DNA from: Chloroflexota bacterium
GTDB lineage: Bacteria > Chloroflexota > Anaerolineae > UBA4142
Direction of reading: 5' to 3'
Assembly: GCA_016208315.1 (NCBI GenBank)
Contig: JACQYF010000016.1
Coordinates: forward strand, 648-64,647
DNA length: 64,000 bases
The notes under the pieces were generated by a model, which saw only the letters and a list, made by a program, of their open reading frames with translations, was not told the DNA's origin and made no database searches. The first letter of the stretch is position 1; each line of letters starts with the position of its first letter. Shown here piece after piece: positions 52,933 to 62,832 of this stretch. Position numbers and translations under genes: made by a program.

Positions 52933-55027
52933 ATTCCGGCGCGAATTTTTCTCCGAACAATCTCTCTTCCTGTGCGCGCTGCCGCAAATAGGTTTCTTTC
53001 GCGGTCAGCAATTGATCGCCCAGGCGGTCGAGCGCCGAACGGAATTCGGATTCGTCGCGCGATTGGGCCCACAAGTCGGTGACGACCTCTTCGAATTCCT
53101 TTTCCTCGTCGAGATTTCCCAGGATCATGTCAATCTCGCCGATGACCAATTCGAACATGGCGATCTTGGCTTCGAGCAGGTGCAGCACGGCGGCCTCAAG
53201 TGTGTCCGCCGCCGCCAGGTTGAACACGTACACATCGCGCGTTTGGCCAATGCGGCTCAACCGTCCGACGCGCTGCTCGATCTTCATCGGATTCCAGGGC
53301 AAATCGAAATTGCACACGGCGTTGCAGAATTGCAGGTTGCGCCCCTCGCTGCCCGCGTCGGTGCTCAGCAAGATGCGCGCCTCGCTTTGAAATCGGCGGA
53401 TTGCCTCTTCCTTTTCCAAACGCAACAGGCCTCCGTGAAACGCGACGACGTTTTCGCCGGCCGCGCGCAAACGTTGGAGCAGCCATTGCTGCGTGGCGCG
53501 GAATTGCGTGAACACGACCATCTTGTCGGGAAAATCTCGGAGCAACGCGAGCAGGCGGTCGGCTTTGCTATTGGCGGTCAATGCGTGCGCGCTCTCGGCC
53601 AATTGGCTGAGGATGTCACGCTCGGCTCGGGGCAAGCGATCATCGCCGGCGAGGCGCGCGAGCGTCGGTGCCGCGGCTTGGCTCGCGCTGCCCAGTTCCT
53701 TTTGCAGCGTGATGAGCGACATGCGCGATAGAACGCGCTTGGCCTGGGAACCGTCCCGTAGGGATTTGGAATCGCCGGGCAGGCCCAAGTGTTGCCGGAC
53801 CAAGCGCGATACATTATCGTACAGCGCGCGTTCCGGCGCGCTGAGCGTCACCGCGTGCGTCTTGGCGATGCGGCGCGTGAGCGCCAGCCCGACGGTCGAG
53901 CGGCGATTTCGCACCATCACCTCGGCGAGGAGTTGGTGCAATTGATCCACGTTGCGCGGCATCAGCTTGTCGCGACGATCCACGAATTGGCGTTGGAAGG
54001 AACGCGCGGTGCTGAGGAGTCCGGGCTGCAAGAGGGTGACGAGATTGAACAATTCTTCGAGGTCGTTCTGGACGGGCGTGGCCGTGAGCAGCAGAACGTA
54101 TTTGCGCCGCAGTTCCGACGCCATTTGCCACAGGAGCGTGTTGCGATTGCGAAAATGATGCACCTCGTCCACGATCACCAAATCCCACTCCGGCTTGAGG
54201 ATCGCGCTGCGGTGCGGCTCGCGCTTGGCCGTGTGGTAGGACGCGATGATGCGGTCGTGCGCCGCCCATGCTTGTGCGCCTTGCTCGCGGAAGAGCGGGT
54301 CGTCGTGGACGATGAAATCCAAGCCGAACTTGCGACGCATCTCGCCTTGCCATTGCTCGACGAGCGACGGCGGTGTGAGAATCAACACGCGCCGCGCCAA
54401 TCCGCGCACGACCAGTTCTTCTAGGATGATGCCCGCTTCAATCGTCTTGCCCAAGCCGACTTCGTCGCACAAGAGGGCGCGGCCGCGCAGACGGCGCAGC
54501 ACCGTGCGCGCCGTGCGTAGTTGGTGCTCGAGCAGTTCGACATCGCGCAGCCAGGGCAGGCAAAGCAGTTGATCGAACCCGGCGACCATCGCCAGGCGCG
54601 TGGCTTGAAGCGCCAAGCGAAAATCGCGCCAGCGCGCGAGCGCCGCGGAGTTTTCGAGCAGCGCGGCATCGTCAGCGCTGAAGGCGATGGAATCGCCGGG
54701 CGCAGTGGGCAGTTGAATTCGGGCGCGTGGTTCGACCAAAAGGCGAAACCGGTAGGGCGCGGCGTTCACACACTCGAGGACCAGCGTCCCGAGTTGTTTC
54801 GCGAGCGGGCGCAGGTGCTTGACGCTCTTGAACGCGGCTTGCGCGGCATTCAGTTTGAGCGTGGCCGGTTCCGGCGCATCGGCGATGATGATCTCGGCTT
54901 GGCCGAGAACGCCGGCCAGCACCGGGTCGAGCGGAAGCAGCCCTTGCCGCAGCGCATTCGCGTCCGGGTTCAATTCAATGCGGTCGCCGATGTGGAACTC
55001 GGGTTCGGCGGTGAGTAAATTAATCAC
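52931..55027 (-). CDS. SNF2-family helicase/translocase
   Basis: LCDEVGLGKTIEAG, DEVHHFRN, LLLTATPVQN, plus a helicase C domain (LLSTDAGSEGRNLQ, QRVGRLSRIGQ). GTG start. Confidence 0.9.
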   Translation of the reverse strand: MINLLTAEPEFHIGDRIELNPDANALRQGLLPLDPVLAGVLGQAEIIIADAPEPATLKLNAAQAAFKSVKHLRPLAKQLGTLVLECVNAAPYRFRLLVEPRARIQLPTAPGDSIAFSADDAALLENSAALARWRDFRLALQATRLAMVAGFDQLLCLPWLRDVELLEHQLRTARTVLRRLRGRALLCDEVGLGKTIEAGIILEELVVRGLARRVLILTPPSLVEQWQGEMRRKFGLDFIVHDDPLFREQGAQAWAAHDRIIASYHTAKREPHRSAILKPEWDLVIVDEVHHFRNRNTLLWQMASELRRKYVLLLTATPVQNDLEELFNLVTLLQPGLLSTARSFQRQFVDRRDKLMPRNVDQLHQLLAEVMVRNRRSTVGLALTRRIAKTHAVTLSAPERALYDNVSRLVRQHLGLPGDSKSLRDGSQAKRVLSRMSLITLQKELGSASQAAAPTLARLAGDDRLPRAERDILSQLAESAHALTANSKADRLLALLRDFPDKMVVFTQFRATQQWLLQRLRAAGENVVAFHGGLLRLEKEEAIRRFQSEARILLSTDAGSEGRNLQFCNAVCNFDLPWNPMKIEQRVGRLSRIGQTRDVYVFNLAAADTLEAAVLHLLEAKIAMFELVIGEIDMILGNLDEEKEFEEVVTDLWAQSRDESEFRSALDRLGDQLLTAKETYLRQRAQEERLFGEKFAPE

Positions 55028-55228
55028 CCAGTTATTATAGCCGCATTCGCGCGATCTGCCAATGCTTGGAAGGTGGGGGGTGCAGTTCAGATTGGGGGGA
55101 AACGTTTGACATCTGAGGAGGCGGCATTCTCTAATGCCGACTCAACGGCGCTAGAGAGCGCCTACCTCCGCGTAACTCGCGCGAGTCGAAATGACCCCGC
55201 CGAGTGAGTGAGACTACTCTTACGGGTG

Positions 55229-55258
55229 GTGACAGGCGCGAACGTTCTCTCGTATAAT
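55229..55258 (+). promoter_or_regulatory. Promoter for the second iclR-type gene
   Basis: GTGACA-18 nt-TATAAT, about 28 nt upstream of ATG 55286. Confidence 0.45.
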
Positions 55259-55285
55259 TCTGCTATATTGAATGCTGTTCTACCT

Positions 55286-56098
55286 ATGGAAAAAGGTCAC
55301 TGGGCCCTGCCAGAGTCCAGCTTCAAGACGTCCGTCCCCGCCGTCGAACAGGCGTCGCGGGTCCTCCTTTGTTTAGCCGAAAGTTCCCAATCCAACATGC
55401 GGCTGACCGATATTTGCGACCATCTCGGCATATCCAAAAGCAAAGGTCACGCCATCCTGAACACGCTCAAGCAATTCGAGTTGATAGATAAAGACCCCAA
55501 GACCAAGACCTACTCGCTGGGACCGGCGCTGATCTTTCTGTCGCAGCGCGTTCTGGAAAACCTGTCGTACCCCGAAGTCGTAACTCCCTTTTTGGAAAAC
55601 CTGGTCAAGGAAACGAATGGGACCGCCGCGTTTGGTTTGATCAGCGAATTGCACGTGTTTGTCATCGCCAAGCGCGACGGCAACCAGAACATCGGATTTC
55701 GCTTGCCGATCGGACACAAGTTTCATATCACGTTGGGCGCCCATGGCAAAGCGATTGTCGCGTTCATGGACGAAGCAGAGCGCGCCAAACTCTTGGCGAA
55801 AAAGAAACTTTACTTTTACGGCGACAGCTCCCGAATGGACCTGCAGCGACTGGCAGAGGACATCGCCAAATGCCAAAGCGTCGGATTTGCTCTGGACCAG
55901 GGTGACGTGACACCCGCAGGAATCACGGCCCTCAGCGCGCCGGTCTTTGCCATTCGCAAGAGAATGGTGGGGTGCGTGATTCTCCTTGGCCCATTCGATG
56001 CGAGCAAGGTCCAGGAATACGGCAGCAAGACCGCGCAGGCGGCCAAGCAGATCTCGCGCAAACTTGGCGCCCACGTGGACGCGATTTTTCCAACGTGA
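55286..56098 (+). CDS. IclR-family transcriptional regulator
   Basis: 270 aa from MEKGHWAL. wHTH MRLTDICDHLGISKSKGHAIL plus an effector domain. Confidence 0.85.
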   Translation: MEKGHWALPESSFKTSVPAVEQASRVLLCLAESSQSNMRLTDICDHLGISKSKGHAILNTLKQFELIDKDPKTKTYSLGPALIFLSQRVLENLSYPEVVTPFLENLVKETNGTAAFGLISELHVFVIAKRDGNQNIGFRLPIGHKFHITLGAHGKAIVAFMDEAERAKLLAKKKLYFYGDSSRMDLQRLAEDIAKCQSVGFALDQGDVTPAGITALSAPVFAIRKRMVGCVILLGPFDASKVQEYGSKTAQAAKQISRKLGAHVDAIFPT

Positions 56099-56116
56099 GG
56101 TGTTACGCCCACACTT

Positions 56117-56145
56117 GAGTATGGGGGTGTGGGAGTGTGGGAGTC
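56117..56145. repeat. GAGTATGGG(G)AGTGTGGG repeat, copy 2
   Basis: GAGTATGGGGGTGTGGGAGTGTGGGAGTC lies directly upstream of the ligase ATG. Confidence 0.6.
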
Positions 56146-56147
56146 TT

Positions 56148-57446
56148 ATGGAATATTGGAATCCCTACCTGGAGACGATGGGTAGGCGGCAACTTGGCGA
56201 GATTGAGTTACGGTATTTCCGAAACATCCTCTCCTTTGCGAAAGAGACCTCCCATCTCTATCGCGATAAACTGCGCGCCATTGATCCGGACCGTATCAAG
56301 ACGCGCGACGATCTCAAGACAATCCCGCTCACCGAAAAGAACGATCTGCGACAATATCAGGAGCAGCCGCCATTTCCCTACGGCGGCTTGCTCGGCCGAG
56401 ACATGACCGAGGTCACGACCTATCGGCAGACGAGCGGCACGACGGGCAAACCCGTTTACGTCCCGGAGACATACGAAAGTTGGCAGTGGCGCGTGGAGGC
56501 GTGGTGTCACATCCTCTACATGGCCGGTTTCCGCCCTCATCATCGCGTCTTTCTCCCGTTTGGTTACAACGTCTACGTCGCTTTTTGGGAAGCCCATTAC
56601 GCGGCCGAAAAACTCGGCTGCGAAGTCATCCCCGGCGGCGCGCTGGATACGAAGGGACGTATCCACAAGATTATCGAAACGCGCGCGAATGTCCTGGCAA
56701 ACACGCCGACGTATGGGCTGCACATCGCGGAAGAAGCGCTGGCGATGGGCATTGACCCGAAAGCGCTGGGCATCGAAAGGATGATCTGCGCGGGCGAGCC
56801 AATGTCGGAGCCGACGCGCAAGCGGCTGGAGGAGTTGTTCGGCTGCCGCACTTTCGATCACATCGGCGGAACCGAACCGTGCGGCTGGGCCGGCATGTGC
56901 GAAACGCAAGAAGGTCTGCACATCATCGAACCGCTGTTCCTGGTTGAGATCCTCGACCGCGAGACGCTCACGCGTGAAGTCGAAGAAGGCGAAATGGGCG
57001 TCGCCGTCGTCACGCCGTTGGGTCGGCGATCCATGCCGATGATTCGCTTCAATACCAAAGATTTGGTGGTCAAAGGGGCCAGCGGCTGCGCGTGCGGCAG
57101 GACCTCGCAGAAAATTCGCGAGGTCGTCGGACGAACCGATGATCTGCGAAAAATTCGCGGCGTGCTCTTCTCGCCCAAATCGGTCGAAGAAGTCATCCGC
57201 AGCCATTTCCGCGAAATCGCCGAGTACGAAATTCTGGTCGAACGCAAAGGGACGATGGACGAAATTCCGCTGCGAATCGAGTTGCTGCCGAATATGAGCG
57301 CGGAGCAAATTGCCTGCGTGAAGATGAAATTGAGCGAAAAGTTAAAGGTCAAGACAAACCTGAACTTTCGCGTTCAAGTGGAACCGGCGGGCACGCTGCC
57401 GCGATACACGCTCAAGGCATCGCGATTCAAGGACCTGCGCGAATAA
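56148..57446 (+). CDS. Phenylacetate-CoA ligase-like (PaaK / F390-synthetase family) adenylating enzyme
   Basis: Starts MEYWNPYLETM. AMP-binding motif TSGTTGKPV. Family-typical length (432 aa). Confidence 0.8.
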   Translation: MEYWNPYLETMGRRQLGEIELRYFRNILSFAKETSHLYRDKLRAIDPDRIKTRDDLKTIPLTEKNDLRQYQEQPPFPYGGLLGRDMTEVTTYRQTSGTTGKPVYVPETYESWQWRVEAWCHILYMAGFRPHHRVFLPFGYNVYVAFWEAHYAAEKLGCEVIPGGALDTKGRIHKIIETRANVLANTPTYGLHIAEEALAMGIDPKALGIERMICAGEPMSEPTRKRLEELFGCRTFDHIGGTEPCGWAGMCETQEGLHIIEPLFLVEILDRETLTREVEEGEMGVAVVTPLGRRSMPMIRFNTKDLVVKGASGCACGRTSQKIREVVGRTDDLRKIRGVLFSPKSVEEVIRSHFREIAEYEILVERKGTMDEIPLRIELLPNMSAEQIACVKMKLSEKLKVKTNLNFRVQVEPAGTLPRYTLKASRFKDLRE

Positions 57447-57496
57447 GACCCGAAGGGTTAGGCGTCTCCTGCGGAGACGAAGAAACCCTTCGGGTC
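57447..57496 (+). other. Nested stem-loop between the ligase and the small ORF
   Basis: Outer arms GACCCGAAGGGTT/AACCCTTCGGGTC. Inner stem CGTCTCC-TGC-GGAGACG. No T-tract. Confidence 0.7.
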
Positions 57497-57511
57497 TCAG
57501 GAGAGCCGACC

Positions 57512-57679
57512 ATGATGGAACAAATCCGTCAACAGATAAGGATGATCGAGGACAGCGCTACGCAACTGAAAACGCTGGCACAGGACAATCCGGCGATTCG
57601 CAAGAATGCTGAGATCATACTGGCCTTCGTCTACCTTTTGAAATTTATCACACCCGAAACGATACAGGAGGAAAACTAA
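57512..57679 (+). CDS. Unlisted 55-aa ORF translationally coupled to the Mo/W oxidoreductase
   Basis: My translation: MMEQIRQQIRMIEDSATQLKTLAQDNPAIRKNAEIILAFVYLLKFITPETIQEEN. RBS AGGAGAG lies 7 nt upstream. Its TAA overlaps the next ATG (TAATG). It is below the 60-aa cut-off of the track. Confidence 0.4.
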   Translation: MMEQIRQQIRMIEDSATQLKTLAQDNPAIRKNAEIILAFVYLLKFITPETIQEEN

Positions 57680-59763
57680 TGGACGCGGTTAAACAAGTCC
57701 GCACGGTTTGCCGCAGCTGTCATGGCGGCTGCGGCGTGATCGCCACCGTGAAAGATAATATGGTCGTCAAGATCGAGGGCGACCCCGAATCGCCGATCAG
57801 CCACGGCACGTTGTGCAGCAAGGGCTTGAGCATTACGCAAGTGGCATACCACCCCGATCGCATTTATCACCCGATGAAGAAAACGGCGAGCGGCTGGCAG
57901 CGCATTACGTGGGACGAGGCCCTGGGCACCATCGCCGATAAATTCAAAAAGGTCATTGCCGAATATGGGCCGGAATCCATCGTCGTGGGACAGGGAACCG
58001 GCCGCGATTACGAAAGCCACCTCTATCGTTTCGCCAACAACTTGGGCACGCCGAACGTGTTGACCGCGGGGCACATGTGCTACGTGTCGCGCGTCGCCTC
58101 CACGTTGATCACGTGCGGCACGCTGCCCGTCGCCGATTATGACGGCGGTCCGAAACTGATCGTGTTGTGGGGCGTCAATCCACAGTGGACTAATCCCGAC
58201 GAATACAAGGGCGAGCGCTTTTGGGAGGCGTTCCAACGCGGCTCCAAGCTGATCGTGGTTGATCCGCGGCGCGGCTTTACGGCGGAAAAAGCCGACCTGT
58301 GGCTTCAGATTCGCCCGGGCACCGACGCCGCGCTTTCGCTCGGTTTTCACCACGTCATCATCGAGGAAGAGCTGTACGACAAAGAGTTTGTCGCGAACCA
58401 CGTCCACGGCTGGGACGCGTGGAAGGATCGCGTCAAAGAATATCCGCTGGAAAAGGTTCAAGAGATCACCTGGATTGACAAGAACCTCATTCGCAAAGCC
58501 GCGCGCATGTACGCGACCACCAAGCCCGCGGCGATTCACTGGGGCGTGCCAACCGAACAGACCAACAACTGCGTGAATTACACGCGCGCCACCGCGACCT
58601 TGATGGCGATCACCGGCAACCTCGATGCGAAAGGCGGGAACGCGCTATTCGTGAATCCGCCGACGCGCACCGTCTCGGAATTTTCGCAGCACAAGGCGCT
58701 ATCGCCGGAGCAGCAGAAAAAGCGTTTAGGCGGCGATCAGTTCAAATTGGGCGCGCGCGTCGCGCTCATCAATCCGAAAAAAGCGTGGGACGCGATGCTG
58801 ACCGGGGAACCGTATCCGCTCAAGGCGGGAATCCTGTGCGGCACGAATCCGGTCGTCACGCGCGCCAACGCCAAAGAAGCGTACGCGGCGCTCAGCAAGA
58901 TTGATTTCCTCGCGGTCGTTGATTTCTTTATGACCCCCACCGCCGACCTCGCCGATATTTTCCTGCCTTCGGCCACGTGGCTGGAGCAGAACCACATTGC
59001 CGATAATTGGAAGCGGCATGGTTACGTGCTCGCGCGGCAAAAGTGCGTCGAGATCGGCGAGTGCTGGCAGGACCACAAGATTTTCATGGAACTCGGCAAG
59101 CGCATGGGGCAAACGTGGTGGGATACGGTCGAGGATTCGTTGAATTATTTGCTCGAACCCGCCGGGGTGACGTGGGAGCAGTTCAAAGAGAAACGTTACC
59201 TCAGGGGCGAAATGGTCTATCAGAAATACAAGGAACGCGGTTTCTCGACGCCGACCAAGAAGGTGGAAATCTATTCGACGCTCATGGAGAAATGGGGCTA
59301 CGACCCATTGCCCAAGTACGTCGAAGTGCCGGAAAGCCCGGTGTCCAAACCGGAAGTGGCCGAAAAGTTTCCGTATATCCTCGATGCGGGTTTCCGCACG
59401 CCGACGTACTTCCATTCGGCGAATCGCCAAGTCCCCTTGCTGCGCGAAGTCCGGGACAAGCCCATCGTCGAGATTCACCCCGAGACCGCCAAGAAACACG
59501 GCATCCAAGAAGGGCAATGGGTCTATATCGAATCGCCGCGCGGCCGCGTCAAGCAGTTTGCCAAGCTCAACGACGGCATTGATCCGCGCGTCATCGTCGC
59601 CGAGCATGGTTGGTGGTATCCCGAAATGAAACAGGAAGGCCACGGCTGGGACGTGTCGAACATCAACCTGCTGACCGACAACGCTTACGAAACCCTCGAC
59701 CCGGCGATGGGTTCCACCAATCTCCGCGTTTGCTTGTGCAACATCGCGCCGTGTAATGATTAA
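57679..59763 (+). CDS. Molybdopterin/tungstopterin (bis-MGD) oxidoreductase catalytic subunit, cytoplasmic (paralog 2)
   Basis: 694 aa. CRSCHGGCGV...CSKG. No Tat signal. Colinear with 19700..21829. Confidence 0.9.
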   Translation: MDAVKQVRTVCRSCHGGCGVIATVKDNMVVKIEGDPESPISHGTLCSKGLSITQVAYHPDRIYHPMKKTASGWQRITWDEALGTIADKFKKVIAEYGPESIVVGQGTGRDYESHLYRFANNLGTPNVLTAGHMCYVSRVASTLITCGTLPVADYDGGPKLIVLWGVNPQWTNPDEYKGERFWEAFQRGSKLIVVDPRRGFTAEKADLWLQIRPGTDAALSLGFHHVIIEEELYDKEFVANHVHGWDAWKDRVKEYPLEKVQEITWIDKNLIRKAARMYATTKPAAIHWGVPTEQTNNCVNYTRATATLMAITGNLDAKGGNALFVNPPTRTVSEFSQHKALSPEQQKKRLGGDQFKLGARVALINPKKAWDAMLTGEPYPLKAGILCGTNPVVTRANAKEAYAALSKIDFLAVVDFFMTPTADLADIFLPSATWLEQNHIADNWKRHGYVLARQKCVEIGECWQDHKIFMELGKRMGQTWWDTVEDSLNYLLEPAGVTWEQFKEKRYLRGEMVYQKYKERGFSTPTKKVEIYSTLMEKWGYDPLPKYVEVPESPVSKPEVAEKFPYILDAGFRTPTYFHSANRQVPLLREVRDKPIVEIHPETAKKHGIQEGQWVYIESPRGRVKQFAKLNDGIDPRVIVAEHGWWYPEMKQEGHGWDVSNINLLTDNAYETLDPAMGSTNLRVCLCNIAPCND

Positions 59764-59773
59764 GGAGCCAACG

Positions 59774-60226
59774 ATGGACAAGGTCTCTCTCTATATCAAT
59801 CAGAAAAACTGTATGGGCTGCCACGCCTGCGAGGTGGCGTGCAAGCTGGAGCATGGGTTAAAGGTCGGGCCGCAATTGATTCGCGTGCTGGAAAAGGCCC
59901 CCAAGTTCATTCCGATCTATTGCCACCAATGCGGCAACGCGCCCTGCAAAGCGGCGTGTCCGGTAGACGCGATTGTCTACAACGATCTAGGTATCGTCCA
60001 AGTCATTCGAGAGAACTGCATCGGCTGTCGCGTGTGCGTGGATGCGTGCCCGTTTGGCGCGATGGCGTTCGACGAGAGCACCGCGCTGGCGATGAACTGC
60101 GACGTCTGCGCGCACCGGCTCGCGGAGGGCAAACAGCCCGCGTGTATGAGCATCTGCGAAACTCACTGCATTTCGCTCACAGGCAGCAAGCAAAGCATCG
60201 CGAGCGTGTTTGAGCGCGCGGCGTAG
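59774..60226 (+). CDS. 4x[4Fe-4S] ferredoxin-type subunit (paralog 2)
   Basis: Starts MDKVSLY after AAGGAG. Cys clusters CMGCHACEVAC, CHQCGNAPCKAACP, CIGCRVCVDACP and CDVC...CMSIC. Confidence 0.85.
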   Translation: MDKVSLYINQKNCMGCHACEVACKLEHGLKVGPQLIRVLEKAPKFIPIYCHQCGNAPCKAACPVDAIVYNDLGIVQVIRENCIGCRVCVDACPFGAMAFDESTALAMNCDVCAHRLAEGKQPACMSICETHCISLTGSKQSIASVFERAA

Positions 60227-60365
60227 TCGTTCGTAGTAAGTCGTTCGTAGTAAGACACGGAGCGCGCTTTGCGGAGTGTCGTCTTACGGTGCGAACAACG
60301 CGACTCCGCTTCGCTGCGTCGCTTACTACGAACAGTATTCGCGTGATTCGCGAGGATTCGCGGAC
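60227..60365. repeat. Second composite copy of the CTACGAAC / ACTCCGCAAAG / ATTCGCG repeat family
   Basis: TCGTTCGTAGTAAG x2, GCGCTTTGCGGAGTG, GCGACTCCGC, CTTACTACGAACA (inverted to the first motif) and ATTCGCG-type triplet repeats, as at 12391-12419. Confidence 0.7.
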
Positions 60366-60377
60366 AGACAACCTATC

Positions 60378-60719
60378 ATGTTATCGCCGGAAGGCTTGGA
60401 ATGGCAATACGAATCGCCGGGCGAGATGCGGTGGCAGCAAGCGTTGGATTACGCGGCCGCGCTTGCGCTGAATGACAAGTCGGATTGGCGATTGCCGACG
60501 CTGGCGGAATTGGAAACGCTGCTTGACCGCACGCAGAGCCGGTCGGACGGACGCGCGCCCATGCGAGAAGACGTGCCTTTCCGCGACCTGCGATCCTATT
60601 GGTCGTGTACGACTTTTGAGCGCGATACGAAAACCGCGTGGATCCTAATGTTCGACGGCGCGTACCTGTTGAGCTATCCGAAGGGAAATCGGTACTGGGT
60701 ACGCTGCGTGCGCGGATAA
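60378..60719 (+). CDS. DUF1566-like (Lcl C-terminal domain-like) small protein
   Basis: DWRLPTLAELETLL and YWS motifs, recalled from that family. Start ATG 60378. Confidence 0.5.
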   Translation: MLSPEGLEWQYESPGEMRWQQALDYAAALALNDKSDWRLPTLAELETLLDRTQSRSDGRAPMREDVPFRDLRSYWSCTTFERDTKTAWILMFDGAYLLSYPKGNRYWVRCVRG

Positions 60720-60720
60720 A

Positions 60721-60833
60721 CCTCACCCCCCTCCCCCCTCTCCTGTAGGGGCGGGGTCTCCCCGCCCTGTGTGGTTGCCCAGTGCGCAAAGAAAGGGCGG
60801 GGAGACCCCGCCCCTACAGGAGAGGGGGTGAGG
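60721..60833. repeat. GTAGGGGCGGGG-type palindromic REP-like element
   Basis: Arms CTCCTGTAGGGGCGGGGTCTCCCCGCCCT / AGGGCGGGGAGACCCCGCCCCTACAGGAG with outer CCTCACCCC.../...GGGGGTGAGG and a 26-nt loop. Confidence 0.8.
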
Positions 60834-60846
60834 CAAGGAGAATAGG

Positions 60847-61473
<627 letters not shown>

Positions 61474-61485
61474 CGGAGAATCGCC

Positions 61486-62832
61486 ATGCTAAACGATAAC
61501 TGGGCCAAACTGTCTCCCTCCGACAAATTAGAAGCGCGCTTTGACGATTGGATGTCGGCGCCGGGCATTCAATTCGCCAACGACGATGTCGCGCGCGCGT
61601 ATCAAGAACGCGCCCAATTGTTCAAGGACGCGGTCCAACTCAAGAAACCCCAGCGCGTGCCGATCCACACCCACGCCGGCTTTTATCCCGTCAACTACGC
61701 GGGCTATACGGCCCAAGAGGTAATGAACGATTACGATAAGCTGGGTAAGGCGTTCAAAAAGTTCAACGCAGATTTCAGGCCCGATGCACTGGCGAGCGCG
61801 CTCTATACCGGCTCGGCGAAAATTTTCGAGCCGCTTGATTTAAAGTTGTATCGCTGGGCCGGGCATGGAGTTCCAGCCAATTCGCCCTACCAGTGCGTCG
61901 AAGCCGAATACATGCTGGCCGACGAGTACGACCTCTTGATCGCCGACCCGACCGGCTATTTCATTCGCTATTATTTGCCGCGCATTTTTGGCGCGCTCAG
62001 TCCGTGGCAAAAACTCTCACCCCTTACTGATCTGACCGAATTACCGTTTATGGGCGCGAACCTCGTCGCATTCGGCAGTCCCGATGTGCAGCAATCGTTC
62101 GAAGAACTCCTGGAAGCGGGGCGCGCCGCGCTCGAATGGATGAAGGCGGGCGGCGCGATCAACGCGGCGAGTGTCGCTTCGCTCGGCCTCGCGCCGTTGA
62201 CCGCCGGCTTTTCCAAAGCGCCGTTCGACACATTGGGCGATACGCTGCGCGGCACGCGCGCGATCATGCTCGACAAGTTCCGCCGGCCCGACAAGGTGCT
62301 CGCCGCGTGCGAACGATTGGTTCCCATCGCCGTCGAGGTGGGCGTGCGCTCGTCCGACACGAGCCGCAAACCGGCCGTCACCGTTCCGCTGCACAAGGGC
62401 GCAGATGGGTTCATGTCGGATGCCGATTTCAAGAAATTCTATTGGCCCACGCTCAAGGCGACGATTCTCGGAATGGTTCACGAGGGCGTCGTTCCTTTCT
62501 TGTTCGTGGAAGGCAGCTACAACCAACGGCTCGACCTGATCGCCGATTCGGATATTCCCAAGGGCACGACGGTGTGGATGTTCGACAAGTCGGATATGAA
62601 GGAGGTGAAGAAAAAGTTAGGCGGCTGGGCGTGTTTCGGCGGGAACGTGCCGGTTTCGATGCTCGCCGCGAGTAAGCCGGATGAAGTCGCGGACTATTGC
62701 AAGCGCTTGATTGACGACGTCGCCCAAGATGGCGGTTTCATCCTCTCGACCGGCGCGGTGTTGGACGATGCTACGCCCGAAAATCTGCACGCAATGATCG
62801 AGACTGCGAGGACCTATGGCGTCTACAAATGA
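61486..62832 (+). CDS. Uroporphyrinogen-decarboxylase-family (URO-D-like) methyltransferase candidate
   Basis: 448 aa, 12 nt after the corrinoid protein gene. The family call rests on overall resemblance and context only. Confidence 0.55.
   Translation: MLNDNWAKLSPSDKLEARFDDWMSAPGIQFANDDVARAYQERAQLFKDAVQLKKPQRVPIHTHAGFYPVNYAGYTAQEVMNDYDKLGKAFKKFNADFRPDALASALYTGSAKIFEPLDLKLYRWAGHGVPANSPYQCVEAEYMLADEYDLLIADPTGYFIRYYLPRIFGALSPWQKLSPLTDLTELPFMGANLVAFGSPDVQQSFEELLEAGRAALEWMKAGGAINAASVASLGLAPLTAGFSKAPFDTLGDTLRGTRAIMLDKFRRPDKVLAACERLVPIAVEVGVRSSDTSRKPAVTVPLHKGADGFMSDADFKKFYWPTLKATILGMVHEGVVPFLFVEGSYNQRLDLIADSDIPKGTTVWMFDKSDMKEVKKKLGGWACFGGNVPVSMLAASKPDEVADYCKRLIDDVAQDGGFILSTGAVLDDATPENLHAMIETARTYGVYK

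Noticed and set aside
56208-59781. Minus-strand ORFs of 366, 287 and 351 aa
   Set aside because: They are antisense to the PaaK-like ligase and the second Mo/W oxidoreductase. They have the same high-GC artefact signature.
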